Positions 23,351 through 35,758 of a stretch of DNA of 64,000 bases are shown here, in pieces. The translations under genes and the position numbers were made by a program. The notes beneath the pieces were generated by a model. It searched no databases, was not told where the DNA came from, and saw nothing but the letters and a program-made list of their open reading frames with translations. Numbering within the stretch: position 1 is the first letter of the stretch; the number at the start of each line of letters is the position of its first letter. Origin of the DNA: Anthoceros angustus (taxonomy: Eukaryota; Plantae; Anthocerotophyta); NCBI GenBank assembly GCA_010909165.1, contig VJWM01000282.1, positions 1-64,000 on the forward strand. The letters run 5' to 3'.

Positions 23351-26300
23351 CACTACAATAATATGGCCCGGTTTATGACAAAATTAAATGCGGCGGTGTG
23401 ACAAAACAGGAAACGTTATGACAGTTCGGTCGGTCTGCAAAATTGTCTTATCCTTGTAAACCTAAAATCGTGCTCCATGTGCCTATGACGATCCCACATA
23501 GTCTGCGCGATTCCGTTCCCGTTCGCCGCCAGTGGACTGCCGTCCGGATGGACTACTCTCTCACTTCTTGTGGCATTGGGCACCAGTCCATCGTCCAGTG
23601 GTGGAAGGTCGTCCATGCCCGCCGGCCTTGGTTTGAATTCTCTGTCCGACGTCCGTCGGTGGGTGGCCCGGGGGTTCCTAGTTTATGCTTGCCACGTGCC
23701 ATGTTCTTCGTACTTGGTTCTGCGCATGTCCTTTTGCCTTCTGACATGGTCCTTTGGTAGATGACCTTAGTCGAAGAAAACCGTGCGGACGCCTCAAGCA
23801 TGACGCGACAGGGTCATGTATGATGTGCCTGTTTTCTAATTGTGATTATTTTAATCAATTAAACAATGAACTCCTGTTTAGGTCCTTGTTTGCTTAAGTG
23901 TATCAGTGGGTTCCGCGTTATCTTCGGTCTGGTTAAAAACAAATGGATTTTGCAGGTTAAACATAAATCGACGGATTTCGCAATACGATGTTGCATGATT
24001 ACGATACAGTTATTAAGTACGCATTCCCGCAGCAGTCTGGGGTTCAATGTTTGCTGGGATGCCAATCCCAACCGTCTGGGAGTGTGACATCAGGAAGAGA
24101 TGTTACGGCTTCAAAGCCTTTCCCTGCTTCCCCGAACATGTAAATGGTTCGACGGGTCTACCTCCTACCTCAAAATCCGCCGGCCCCTTCGCACAGCGTT
24201 TGAAGTGGAATCACTCGTCCGGGCGAGATGTAGTTTTCTCATTGGATGTCCCCTTTGCCTTCTTCGTCCTCTTGGCTGCTCCACGCGCTGAGCCGTCCTT
24301 CCTTTTCCTCGGAGGCCCCGCCAATCTTCGGCGTGTGGGGGGTCAGGCCGATCCACGCCCTCCACAAGCTCACCACCAACTCCATCCCGAATGGCTAGCC
24401 TGGTGACCTTGTGGCTTGGAGTGTCAACGAGCTCTTGCGTCTCATGGACAATCTCCACATCTGCGAGATTTGCTGCGTTGCCTGCCTCGTGTACGCCACT
24501 TGGAACTGCCAGGTCTTTCCCACAAGGATGGTGTGCTCCAGTGGAGCCTGCATCATGCTCTGCAACCACAAACAGCACCAGTGGATCAGTCAACGTGGGA
24601 GCTCACCAATAGAAGTTGGGTACATACCTCCAATACACTGAAATAGTGAAAACTAACCGCTGCACATCACACTACCCGATGCTCCATGTTCTCTTGCGGC
24701 AAATCACAACACCTGCCCTTGTTAGCCTGATTGCTTCCGAACGGTGTGGAGTTCCAGTCCAGGGCACAAAGGACGTTTAAGTCATCTGACACCCACTGTA
24801 TGAAATGAAGGATTCGTTCCCAACCATCGTGCACAAGGCCTTACTAGCCGGATGTGGCACCCGCGTCCCATCTCGCTGACCTTCGATATCCCCTGCCCAA
24901 TGAAGCAAACAATTGTCAGTTCTTGCTCGCAGGATATGGAATTCCTATACAGGCAATGGAATTCTATTATTTAACCTCACCACTGTCACCCCCAATGCTT
25001 GCTTGTCATGGACCTCATCCGAAAACCACGGTCAACCCGGGTCAGTGCCTGTAGGATTGGGCTTACCGACATAAAACGTCCCCCCATATCAAGAACAGGG
25101 TCTTACCAGATGTTGGTCCACCACCACTGACATCGAGTCTAGGATCTTCCACATGCACTATGCATACAAAACACACACATGTTAGGTATTGCCCCTAAAA
25201 CGTCTTCCACAAGCGTCAGAAACACAGGTTAAGATTACCCCTTCTCCCACCGCTCGCGGCCCAGTACACGGGCAGGCTCTCCAATCCATTCTTCGCTCCC
25301 CACTGTATTTCAAGCACGGATGGCTGCTCTCCATACAGGTCCTCAAACCTACGTTTGAAATCTTGACCTCCGCCACGACCAAACGGATTTGTACCTGCCG
25401 TCCCATGCTTTTCCATCCTGGCTTCGATGCCCATCATCTGTGGACATCTTGGCCATGCTCCCCCTCCACGATCGTATTGTTCCAGCCCCCACTCTACACC
25501 TGCCCACCAGACATCGGGCATGATGGAGTCTGGCCTCAATCGGTTTACAGGTGCTCTCTTCCCCGGAAGCCCAGCGTCAGGTTGGAAGCATGGTAGCAGT
25601 TGGGGAGTGCTTCTTCACGGCAGATGGCGTGTCAAGTAGGGAAGATAGGGAAGCGGAGGTCAGCGGCTCTGAAAACGACGATGACTACCTACCACCGGAC
25701 ATGGAAGAGGCGGATGACGAACCGGATGAGGAGGACCATGCTCCGCAGAATCGTGACAAAGGCCGGCTCTGCGACATGGTTAGGCCGGAGGGACTGGAGG
25801 AGGTGATCTGCAGTTTGATCAGGGTGCATGGCCATCAAAAGGTCTCACAGTTGGCTGCCCGTATGTGTGCAGAGGCATCAAAGGGTGGGGGGACATGTCC
25901 AGTGACGGGAGGGGTGGTGGGCACTGAAAAACTGTCCTTGGAGAAGAGGGTGCAGGAACTCGTAGCAGGGTAAGTGGCGTTCTTAAAGTGTTGGACGAAG
26001 CACAACATGGAGCTCGACTCCAACTCATTGACATGGTGGCCAAGGAGTACCCCGCTATGACAAACAGGGAACTTATCCGGACAAAGTTTGCGAATTGCAC
26101 CAGAGCGCGATGCTACAACCACATGAAGGCTGTGAAGAAAGCGGTTAAAATTCTGAGGACTTCGGGACGGTTTGCTGCTATGGCGGGAGCTGAGTACTGT
26201 GCCAGCGGTCGGAGGCAAGAGTTGTAGATGCAGCACACGATGCCAGAGCTGATAAAGCCTACCACGAAAAGAAGACGTTCCGGTAATCCCACTCGCGATC

Positions 26301-27000
26301 GCAGCCGATCCTACTGCAAAAACCAGGATGCCACGGCCACATTCCAAGCTTTGCCTACCGCATGCTTTTTCTCATTTTATCAAGAAGTGCGTAAGGGCTA
26401 CCACAACGACAGGCGAGGTTGGCCACCCCCTTTCCAGTGTTGTGACATATTTCATGCAATGGGTTTCCATCGCCCTACAAAGGGCGTTGGCCAACAACGC
26501 TATCTTTAGGATGATGACGAGTGTTGGAGACGCAGCATCAGTGGCCCTTGGCGGCATCAATGGTAAGTAAGTAGGCCCTTTCCTATCTTGGACGACGACA
26601 TCTTGGGAGCAGTTAGGGGTTATAAGATAGATTAGTGCGGAGGCACGCCCCCCTGGCCTAGTGCCCCATCGTGGGTTGTCCCCTTTCGCCTCGGGGTAGA
26701 TGGGATTTCCCATCTTGTTCCTTTTATAAAGTCTCCCATTCCTCCACTTCCGGGGTAGATGGGATTTCCCATCTTGTTCCTTTTATAAAGTCTCCCATTC
26801 CTCCACTTCCTTCTTCGCAACCATGTCAAATTCTCGCTTTGTTGGAACTGATGACATGTCCAAAAATCACACCAGCGACTCACAAAGTTACTAAGTTACA
26901 CGAAAAAAAGAGCTCAATAAAGAAGCATCGAAAAAGCATCCAGGTTTGTCAGGACCTACACAATGCCTATAAGAGGAGCGGCATGCAGTCTTTCCGACCA
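23351..27000. mobile_element. CACTA/En-Spm-like DNA transposon end plus internal sequence with unassigned ORFs (right end not found)
   Basis: CACTACAA begins exactly where the Gypsy integrase breaks off, followed by TGACA-containing subterminal repeats; no transposase recognised. Confidence 0.5.
26692..26809. repeat. 59-bp tandem duplication
   Basis: CGGGGTAGATGGGATTTCC...CCACTTC at 26692 and 26751. Confidence 0.9.
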
Positions 27001-27616
27001 TTGCCGCCATCGCACTTGGGTCGGCAGGTGCTAAATCTCCACACAATAGTGCACCCCTCCCAAAGGATGTGGAACCCATCACCTAGCACATCCAAATCCC
27101 AATGTTAATATGCCATAGCACCATCCGTCCGCTCCACTGTCGGCCTGCTTGCCCAAAGAGAAATCTGATATGGCAGTGTGTAGGACTGCCACAAAGACAT
27201 GGTTGTGTGGCTTACACTCAAATTTCCCATGTCTTGGTAGAAATGTGTAGCCTCTGTGGACTGTCCGTGAGCAAGAATGAGAGACCACAAACATGTAAGC
27301 ATTCTGCATGGTCACTCTGGCAAGCACTTGCACTGCATTCTTCGATTTGCCCTGGGAAGCATACATGCCGATAACGTGATAGGCAGGAATGGGGGCATTG
27401 CCCTAATATCCACTTGTGAGGAGAGTGCAGCAGCAACCCCCCTGGCCAGCCACGGATCACATCACCAAGTTTCGAAGTCTCTTCACTGAAAGTAGCATCA
27501 GTAGTTCACAGCTGTGGGCGCTAACCTCAAAACATAGCAGCAATACACCCATTTCGGGCTGGCAGGAAGTCCACCCATCCCTCTTCGAATCTGAGGACGC
27601 GCTTCCCTGACATGTG

Positions 27617-30265
27617 TCAGAAGTGTGACACAGATTTGTCTAGGCTAAACAGGTCTACGCCATCTTGTACCTGAAACGTAAGCACTTCATGGCCATACTC
27701 AATCCAGCTCCTCCCAGGCTCCTTCCAGGCACCTGCAGCGTTTCTCAGCTTCTCCACCTTCTTTGCCTCGTCTAAAAGACCCGCATCACTATAGATGTGT
27801 GCCATCAGTATGTATGCCGCAGCGTCCTTTGGCTGTCGGACCACGGCAGAAGAAAATGCCTTTTCTGCCAGCACCACATTTCCATGCTTCCGACAGGCAC
27901 CCATCACACACAACCACATAGCGAGGTCAGGCTGCAGCGGCATAGTATGCATAAAATGTTCTAACCTTGAGAAGCATCCTGCACGCCCAAATAGGTCTAT
28001 CATACACACATAGTGCTCCATCTCTGGAGTGAACCCATACTCTCTGCACATGGACTTGAAGACCTCAAGACCTTTGTCCACCAGGCCCGCATGACTGCAT
28101 GCTGCAAGCAGCGAGAGGAAAGTGACTGCATTTGGCTCAATGCCCTCCGACCGCATTTGCTCGTAAAGCTGCAGGGCCTCCTGCCCCAATCCATGCTGAG
28201 CATACCCTGAGAGCATGGCACTCCATGACACTACATCTCGGGCACCCAATTTTTCAAACACCCTGCGGGCATCAACTAAGCTTCCACACTTTGCATACAT
28301 GTCCACAAGGCAACTTCCAACGAGTACACCACTCTCCAGGCCCATGTCACAAACCTGAGCGTGCACTTGCTGTCCCTGAGCTAGGGCTCCCTCGCAAGCG
28401 CATGCTTTCAAAACACAGGCAAATGTAACTTCGTCCGGTTCAGCTAAGCATTCCTGTCGCATACGTGCATAAAGTCTGAGTGCCTCTTGACCGAGGCCAT
28501 GCTGGGCATATCCTGTCAGCATAGCATTCCAAGTAGCCACACTTTTAGACTCCAAATCCTCTAAGACCTTACAAGCCTCCTCAAAGCCCCCACATTTTGC
28601 ATACATGTCCACAAGGCTGTTCTCAACCAAGAGATCAGATGCCGCTGCTCTCTCAATCTGTGAATGAAACACCTTTCCTTGATCCAACGCTCCAATGGTG
28701 GCGCATGCTTTCAACATGCAGGAATATGTAACATGATCAGCTTGAGTGATGCCAGCCTCCAGCATGTTTGTATAAAGAGTGAGGGCCTCTTCTGCCAGTC
28801 CATACTGAACATATCCTGAGATCATGACATTCCATGTCACCACATCTTTCGTAGCCAGACCATTAAACACCCTGCGGGCATCGTCTAAGCTCCCACATTT
28901 TGAGTACATGTCAACCAGACTGTTGCCAATAACAACATCCAGTAGCAGTCCTCTTCCTTCAATCTGGGAGTGAAGCTGCTTCCCCTGATGTAATGCACCG
29001 ACGCTGGCACATGCTCTAAGAAGGCAGGCAAACGTAACAGCATTGGCTGCAGAGACTCCCTCCTTCTGCATGCTTGCAAAAAGAGCAACCGCTTCTTGCC
29101 CGAGCTCATGCTGGGCATATCCTGCTATCATGGTAGTCCACGTCACTGCATCTTTCACAGGCAAGCTATCAAACACCTGGAGGGCATTATGTAAGCTCCC
29201 ACATTTCACATACATATCCACGAGGCAGTTGCCAATAACCACGTCCTTCACACCCAGTCCTTGTTCCCGAATCTGCATGTGCAGCTGCTTCCCTTGGTCT
29301 AAGGCTGCAATGTTGGCACAAGCTTTAAGGAGGCACAGGAATACTACACGGTCGGCTGAAATCATTCCCTCGTTCTGCATGCTTGCATAGAGAGTAAGAG
29401 CCTCCAGCTCCGCCCCATGCTGAGAATACCCTGTGAGCATGGCAGTCCATGTCACAATATTTTTTGAGGTCAAGCTGTCAAACAACTTGCGGGCATCACC
29501 AACACTCCCACATTTTGCATACATGTCAATCAGACAGTTCACAACAAACTCATCAGGCTCAGCCGCTGCTTTTAAAATATCAGCATGAACCTGTCTGCCT
29601 GATTTCAAATCTGTTGCATTTGCACATGCTTTAAGAACTGCCACAAACGCATGATTGTCCGGCATAACACTTGATTGTCGCATCTGCCAGTATAGGTCTA
29701 TTGCCTCCACAGGTTGCCCAAAGTCAACGTGTGCAAGGAGTATGGATGACCAGATGTAAGCATCTGGACTCTCCAGTTTTACAAACACATCCCATGCTTC
29801 TTGTAACCTCCCATGAGAAGAATACATGCGAATGACGTGATTAGCCAGAAGACAGTTTGCCTGATACCCACTTTGCAGAACAAGATCGTGAATACACCTG
29901 CCCACAATTAGATCCTTCTTGGCAATACAGCTCCGGAGGATCCGATAGAGAAGGTTTATGGCAACATAGGACCCACTCCCAACCAACAGCTGCAACACTT
30001 TAACAGCCTGACTGAGCTGTTCCTCCCCACACAAGCTGCTCCAGCTTCCCATCTCTGAATCTGCTTGCACATCTGGGGCTCTGAACAACGAGGAGACCAT
30101 GAACACATTGTAACACGACCACACCAGCTGTGAAAAGACAGAAGGATTACTAACACTTTTTGCTCGTTGATGCAAGGCACAAGGCCGCTTGGACCAGGCA
30201 CAAGGCCAGTCAACACATAAGGTGACCGTCGGGGTGCTGTAGGCATGTCTGAGCTTTCCCTGCAT
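27617..30265 (-). CDS. PLS-class PPR protein, E+ subclass (no catalytic DYW core)
   Basis: Uninterrupted 882-aa ORF; PLS triplets, P2L2S2, E1/E2, PG box KEPGRSWIE, then stop without HxE/CxxC; true start codon uncertain. Confidence 0.92.
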   Translation of the reverse strand: MQGKLRHAYSTPTVTLCVDWPCAWSKRPCALHQRAKSVSNPSVFSQLVWSCYNVFMVSSLFRAPDVQADSEMGSWSSLCGEEQLSQAVKVLQLLVGSGSYVAINLLYRILRSCIAKKDLIVGRCIHDLVLQSGYQANCLLANHVIRMYSSHGRLQEAWDVFVKLESPDAYIWSSILLAHVDFGQPVEAIDLYWQMRQSSVMPDNHAFVAVLKACANATDLKSGRQVHADILKAAAEPDEFVVNCLIDMYAKCGSVGDARKLFDSLTSKNIVTWTAMLTGYSQHGAELEALTLYASMQNEGMISADRVVFLCLLKACANIAALDQGKQLHMQIREQGLGVKDVVIGNCLVDMYVKCGSLHNALQVFDSLPVKDAVTWTTMIAGYAQHELGQEAVALFASMQKEGVSAANAVTFACLLRACASVGALHQGKQLHSQIEGRGLLLDVVIGNSLVDMYSKCGSLDDARRVFNGLATKDVVTWNVMISGYVQYGLAEEALTLYTNMLEAGITQADHVTYSCMLKACATIGALDQGKVFHSQIERAAASDLLVENSLVDMYAKCGGFEEACKVLEDLESKSVATWNAMLTGYAQHGLGQEALRLYARMRQECLAEPDEVTFACVLKACACEGALAQGQQVHAQVCDMGLESGVLVGSCLVDMYAKCGSLVDARRVFEKLGARDVVSWSAMLSGYAQHGLGQEALQLYEQMRSEGIEPNAVTFLSLLAACSHAGLVDKGLEVFKSMCREYGFTPEMEHYVCMIDLFGRAGCFSRLEHFMHTMPLQPDLAMWLCVMGACRKHGNVVLAEKAFSSAVVRQPKDAAAYILMAHIYSDAGLLDEAKKVEKLRNAAGAWKEPGRSWIEYGHEVLTFQVQDGVDLFSLDKSVSHF

Positions 30266-30734
30266 TACAGCAGTCCCATGGTCAGGTCAGTGTTTCTCTT
30301 CGTCATGGCATGTATTCAGGAGCTTGCACCCATTACCTTTCTCCACCCATTGGCCCAATGAAAGGGCGGAAGATTTCCCCCGGGTGTTTGCTGCGCACAT
30401 GCCTCCTCTTCAAGCCAGCCCACCATAAGAAAGGCCATGTCACAACTTATAAACTGTGAGGAAAATGAGCATGGGAGTTGCAAAGGATGGAAGCATACCA
30501 GCGCAAACAAAAGATGCACAGTGACTCGTCGCGGATTTGAATGTCTCTGATGCGCCCAGCAAGTTCGGAGAATGAGCACCATGTCGCCGCTGCGACATCA
30601 ATGTCTTCTTTTGGTGACCCGTTGTGGGTTTATCGATTTGCTGCGTGAGCCACTGCCGGATGGAAGAGCGTCCACGGCCCATGGCAAAATCCCCGCTTTC
30701 GAGCGCCCAAGTAGATAACTATAATTCGGTGCAC

Positions 30735-30868
30735 AGCTTTGTTTCCTTTTCTGTCCAGTTACGAGCTTTGTTTCCTTTTCTGTCCAGTTACAAGCTTTGT
30801 TTCCTTTTCTGTCCAGTTACAAGCTTTGTTTCCTTGTTGTTTCTTTCCCTGTCCAGTTACAAGCTTTG
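30735..30868 (+). repeat. 29-bp minisatellite (AGCTTTGTTTCCTTTTCTGTCCAGTTAC[A/G]) x~4 upstream of the SPOUT gene
   Basis: Units at 30735, 30764 and 30793, plus an interrupted fourth. Confidence 0.88.
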
Positions 30869-30910
30869 ATTTGAAGCAGAGAACCGCGGATCTGTCCGTT
30901 TGTGGGCGGC

Positions 30911-31966
30911 ATGGCCGCTGTTGCGTCTGATGGTCTGCGCAAGCCCAGCAAGCGGAAGAGGAAAGCTGGGCATGCACCGGCAGCTGAGGAGTCTGCCAAC
31001 GGCTGTCTGCAAATGGTCGATGGCTGTGTTAAGAAGAGGACGAAGAATCCCGCTGGCCGGAACTACACTGTCACAATTGCAGTGGCCGGGTCCGTGATTG
31101 ACAACGCACAGTCTTTGGAGCTGGCAACTGCCCTGGCAGGTCAGATTGCGCGAGCTGCTGTCATCTTTAGGGTGGACGAGATCGTCGTGTTCGACGACGG
31201 AGATGCGAATTCCACTTTGAGGAATCGGAGGTGGAGCTACGCAGGAGGCTCTGAAGAGACCGGTGGAGCCTTCCTAGCCCGGATTCTGCAGTACCTCGAG
31301 ACTCCGCAATACCTTCGCAAAGCTTTGTTTCCTGTGCAACCTTCTTTGAGATTTGCAGGGCTTCTTCCACCTTTGGATACTCCACACCACGCACGGAAGC
31401 ACGAGTGGGTGGCGTACCGGGAAGGCTTTGTTCTTGCTAACCAAGGCGGTGATGGATCGACTGTGGATGTTGGTTTAGCCAAGGAAGTGGTTGTCACCCC
31501 TTCGGTCCCGCTAGGTACCAGAGTGACAGTAGCTATGGGGGAAAACTGGAAGTCCCTGGGAAATAGGTTGCAGACGGTGCCATCTTGTGTTCCCAGGGAG
31601 GTGGCAGGGCTCTATTGGGGGTACAGTGTGAGACATGTCCGTCGCTTGAGTGCTATATTTGAAAATTGTCCCTTTGCAGATGGTTACGACTACAGGATAG
31701 GAACATCAGAGCATGGGACCAAGGAACAGTCCTCAAGTTTCAAAGTTCCCAGGTTCAGGCATCTACTAGTAGTTTTTGGTGGTCCTCCGGGCTTGGAGGA
31801 GAGCAAGTCGAAGGACAAAAGTATAACAACGGACAATGTGGCATCTCTCTTTGATCGCTACATCAATGTATGTCCTAGCCAAGGCAGCAGAACCATACGA
31901 ACGGAGGAGGCTATCCTTATTGCTCTTCAGTACCTGCAGGACCCCATTTGGCGAGCTGTTAATTAA
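30911..31966 (+). CDS. SPOUT1: SPOUT-domain RNA methyltransferase, C9orf114/SPOUT1 family; intronless CDS
   Basis: TVTIAVAGSVIDNAQ, GQIARAAVIFRVDEIVVFD, LQYLETPQYLRK, GLLPPLDTPHH, GLYWGYSVR, IGTSEHG, LVVFGG, QGSRTIRTEEA; ATG at 30911 within ORF 30902..31966. Confidence 0.93.
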   Translation: MAAVASDGLRKPSKRKRKAGHAPAAEESANGCLQMVDGCVKKRTKNPAGRNYTVTIAVAGSVIDNAQSLELATALAGQIARAAVIFRVDEIVVFDDGDANSTLRNRRWSYAGGSEETGGAFLARILQYLETPQYLRKALFPVQPSLRFAGLLPPLDTPHHARKHEWVAYREGFVLANQGGDGSTVDVGLAKEVVVTPSVPLGTRVTVAMGENWKSLGNRLQTVPSCVPREVAGLYWGYSVRHVRRLSAIFENCPFADGYDYRIGTSEHGTKEQSSSFKVPRFRHLLVVFGGPPGLEESKSKDKSITTDNVASLFDRYINVCPSQGSRTIRTEEAILIALQYLQDPIWRAVN

Positions 31967-32057
31967 CGAGGCCATGGTCAGTGGGTGGAAGCTGGTAGGG
32001 GGAACGACCTTGCTTTCCTGATCAATCTGTGAAGCTGATGTTTCAGGAAGGGAAAGG

Positions 32058-32092
32058 TTTAGGGTTTAGGGTTTAGGGTTTAGGGTTTAGGG
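32058..32092 (+). repeat. Interstitial plant telomeric repeat (TTTAGGG)5
   Basis: Five perfect units. Confidence 0.95.
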
Positions 32093-33649
32093 TGTAGCCT
32101 GAAGAGTTTTTCTCACTACTTGTCTGTGCATCTCCATGGTGGAGTCTCCTTCGAGTCTCACAACAAGCAGAAGCGTCGGAATCTGTGTCCAGTGGCCTGT
32201 TCTTAAAGCTTTAGCGAACTCATTGGCGAGCACTCTGATGTGTTAAGTCTTTCATGGCAGGCCTGTAAGGCCAGATTCTTGTGTGTTGCAAGGGCCCAGT
32301 TCCCTTTGCGACTGACATGCGAGCAGTCTCCAGACGGGGATGGGAAGATTTCGTCCCTGGAGGCGGTCATTACACATTGTTTTACCTTCATCCTCTATCA
32401 AGGCCCTTGGCGAGGGGTACCTGTTGAAAGCCAGACTCTGGGCTCAGCTGCGGCACTATGTCATTCTGTCTCGTTAATCATGAACATTGCGATACCTTTG
32501 AGGAGGAATTACTCATACAGTGTGTGATTCCGTTGAATGGCTTAGTATTCAGGGCATCGCATGGCTGCTGCCACCAATCCTTTGAAGGAGTGGCTGAGCC
32601 GAGGATAATTTGTCATGTTGCTCTGCACAACGAACAGGATCTCCAGCCGACTGGAGCCTGACACCTTTGAACGACTTCATCTCTTTGTGCAGGATCGATG
32701 GGGGCCGTTGCCAAAATGTCTCCGGGAAAGCTAAGCTATCGGGTGGTAGCTCTGGTATGGCCTGGCACTGAACACCGACTTAAACAGGTGGTACAGGTGT
32801 TAGGGTGCTTTGGATGCCTATTTGGAGCTGGTGAAGATCCCATGTCTGCTCTAGAAGATGTCTTGCACAAGCTGGTCCTCAATTGTACAGGTTGCTTGCT
32901 CTTCTGGCCAATTCGGAGTAGGGCGAATCGGCGGTGCATGTGTCACTGCACAATCAGTCGCTGATTTTGTGAAGATAGGATTTGGGATACCAAATGGCTG
33001 CAACAATAGTCTACAACTGTCGTTTATGAGACCCCTCCTCTGGTGATTTAGACCCTGGCATTCCTGCTGTTCTTACGCACTTGCCTGAGGCTTTCAGCCT
33101 TGAGGTAACCAGCTCGCAAGCACTTTCTTGAACAATGCAGTCGCTGGAGTAACTTTTTTACTCGCATCCTCGCATCCAGATGGCCCGCCCACTCTCAGCT
33201 TGAAAGCTCCTTGACCAGTACTTCCTATTCGTCAAAACTATGGAGCGTAGATCACGGAGCTTGATTGATGGAAACGGTTGAACGTGGATGTTTGATCACA
33301 ATGTCATGCTACGACTTACATGTCTTGAGGCAATATGAAATCTTACATGATTTTCAACCTCAGAACGCTGAATTGATCGCTGATTTCTTTTCGGCCTGGG
33401 TTGGACTTGGGCGAAGTTCGCTGGTACAGTACAGGAAGGAGCATGCCAGATTTTACGAGACAGAAAACGGCCATCTCTAGGTCCATCGACCGATTATCGA
33501 AGCCTCTGATCCCATTTGATGCCACCCACCTCGGGTTGCTGGCTGACCTATCTTCTACATGGGATATTCGGAGAATATCCAGCCTTGTGCAGGTGCACGG
33601 GATGCAGGCGGTGGAAGGACGCCAGGGGACCGGGAGTCGGCGGTGGAAG

Positions 33650-34300
33650 ACGAAAATTTTTATTGAAGCTCATGAGGACGACAACTTGTACCATAGCGTG
33701 CCTAAGCTAATGAGTACTAAGGGCATCCACTCCCTCTAGGCACCCCCATCTAAGTATCGATCCAAGCGCAGGATGTTTAACAGCGACGTTCTTATAAATG
33801 TGTGCCCATCCAGCAGGAGAGAGGGCGGGGCGTGGGGACCGGGATTCAGCGGTGCCGATACCGGATGTAGGCGGTAGAGTAGGTTGGCCGGAGGAGTGTA
33901 GCAGCTGCCGTTGTAGGTTGGCCGGAGGAGTGAAGCAGCTGCCGTTGTAGGCAGTAATGTCTTCAAGGCTGACTGTTTTGAGATCCATGGTCTGTTGTGC
34001 ACTCAGGATTTTTGTGTTCTGACAAAATTTTGGACCATGGTAGGCGACATTGTTGGAGCTCGTTTTTTGTGGGTGAAGTCTATGGAATACCGATCTGGTC
34101 ATGCAGCATCCACATTTTTTTAGGTGCGGACAGAAAGAAATAGTTCCGTCGCATACGGCGGAACTATTTTGGTATGTCACGCATGACCACATCGGTCGGG
34201 GCTGCGGCCACCCGGTGTCCCGATGTCGTCAACCTACCCATGATGCACGAAATGATTTCATGATACACATAAAATTTTCTTCTCTTGGGTTTAGGGTTGC
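33650..34300 (+). repeat. Unclassified dispersed repeat, inverted relative of ~18760-19250
   Basis: Shared DNA blocks (GACAACTTGTACCAT..GTGCCTAAGCTA..AAGGGCATCCA..CCATCTAAGTA; CCGATGTCGTCAA) and peptide DNLYH[SG]VPKL. Confidence 0.6.
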
Positions 34301-35758
34301 GTTTAGGTCATTTGCATTGCCGCGCCATTGCGGCATGGGGCTCCATATGTCAGTGGTTGCGTTAGCATTCGCGCCACGTTTGCGCGCTTCATCACTCATC
34401 ATCTATGTTTCGGTGGTAGTGCGTTGCTCTCACGTGCAAGGTGCGATGTTTGTCTTGTACACGAGGATGCAACGTTTCTAGGCCTCTTGTCTGAGATGTG
34501 TCTTGGCTACCTGTTTAACATGTATGTGTGGTGATCGGAATCTTAAAACCCTAAAGAAGAAAACATGTGCATGACACAATCGGAACACCAGGCCTATGAT
34601 TGTGTGATACAAAGTTTTTGCCCCGCATACAAACCTACATAAGCTGATGTGGCACATATTATGCGTGTATTGTACGCAAGTATCTGAAAGATGCCGTGGT
34701 ATATTTCCGTAGCGTACACCCAAAAAAATGAAAGTCACACACACGCTCCCAAGTGACCAGATCGGTATTCCATAGAAGTCATCAGCCTTTGCTGATGACT
34801 TTCCCCGTGATTTTGGGGATAAAGTTTGCCCAGCCAAATTACCACTGTATGTTCGTAACGACACGAAGGTCGTGCACGACGTTGTGCCAGCCTAATCTGT
34901 GGCGATGAACAATAGCTGAAGGAACTATGCTGAGCAAAACTTTTTCGAAACCAAATGAAACCATAGAGAAGGCCATTGTTGAGAAGAACACAACCCCAAA
35001 TTATTTTTCTGTATTTAGTTATCGTAAAATAATACTATGTCATAGAAAATAGGTGAAAACCCATTTTGGCCTTATGGGTTATTCTACTGTGAACTAGGGT
35101 GTACCCAATGCACACTTCAGAATAACTCTCTTCACACTGTTCAATCCCACCGAATACTTTGGCAAGTGTCAAATTGGTTTCCGGAATCTACTTCCCGGTA
35201 TGCTGAATTGACACTATTTCAAGACTATTTCCGTACCTAGTGTTAGGGTTTGTTACATTAGGGTTTGCACGGAATGCACATAAAATGCTAGGTTCGTCGC
35301 CAACCTTGTGCTCAGGGTTGGACAAGGATCTGCTCGTGGGAGGTCTACCATCCATTGTGACGTGGGTACTTGAATGGACGTGGTGCCGGGCCAAGTGGAA
35401 GCCCGCGTGAGACATGCCTCCCGTGCAAAGACGCCGAACCAGTATGTGCACCGTGTGAACAAGGCTTTTATAGAACTAGATCTGAAAGTAAAACCTTAGA
35501 GCAGCGGCAGAGAAACTTTCAGTAGAAGCCGAGTGCGCGCTCGGTGCACGTGTATTTTACACGAACAAATGAGTGAAGAACGCGGGGTGAAACCTCTGCC
35601 CAGGTACGCCTTTCAGCCAAGTATCGCGGAAGCCCTCTGTCGGTAATGGCTGCTGATCAATAGAAAAGAGGCGCGTGTGGAGATACCCAATCCCAGATAT
35701 CCACGCCTCGGCAAGCACATTCACCGCAATGAGCACTGACAACACTTCATTATTTTTC

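Noticed and set aside
32058-32092. True chromosome end
   Set aside because: Only five units, with complex sequence on both sides.
32093-33600. Telomere-targeting non-LTR element or host gene
   Set aside because: No RT, endonuclease or other recognisable motif in any frame.
23351-34910. Pack-CACTA capturing the E+ PPR and SPOUT1 genes
   Set aside because: No convincing TAGTG right terminus or TSD, and the interrupted Gypsy integrase does not resume afterwards.
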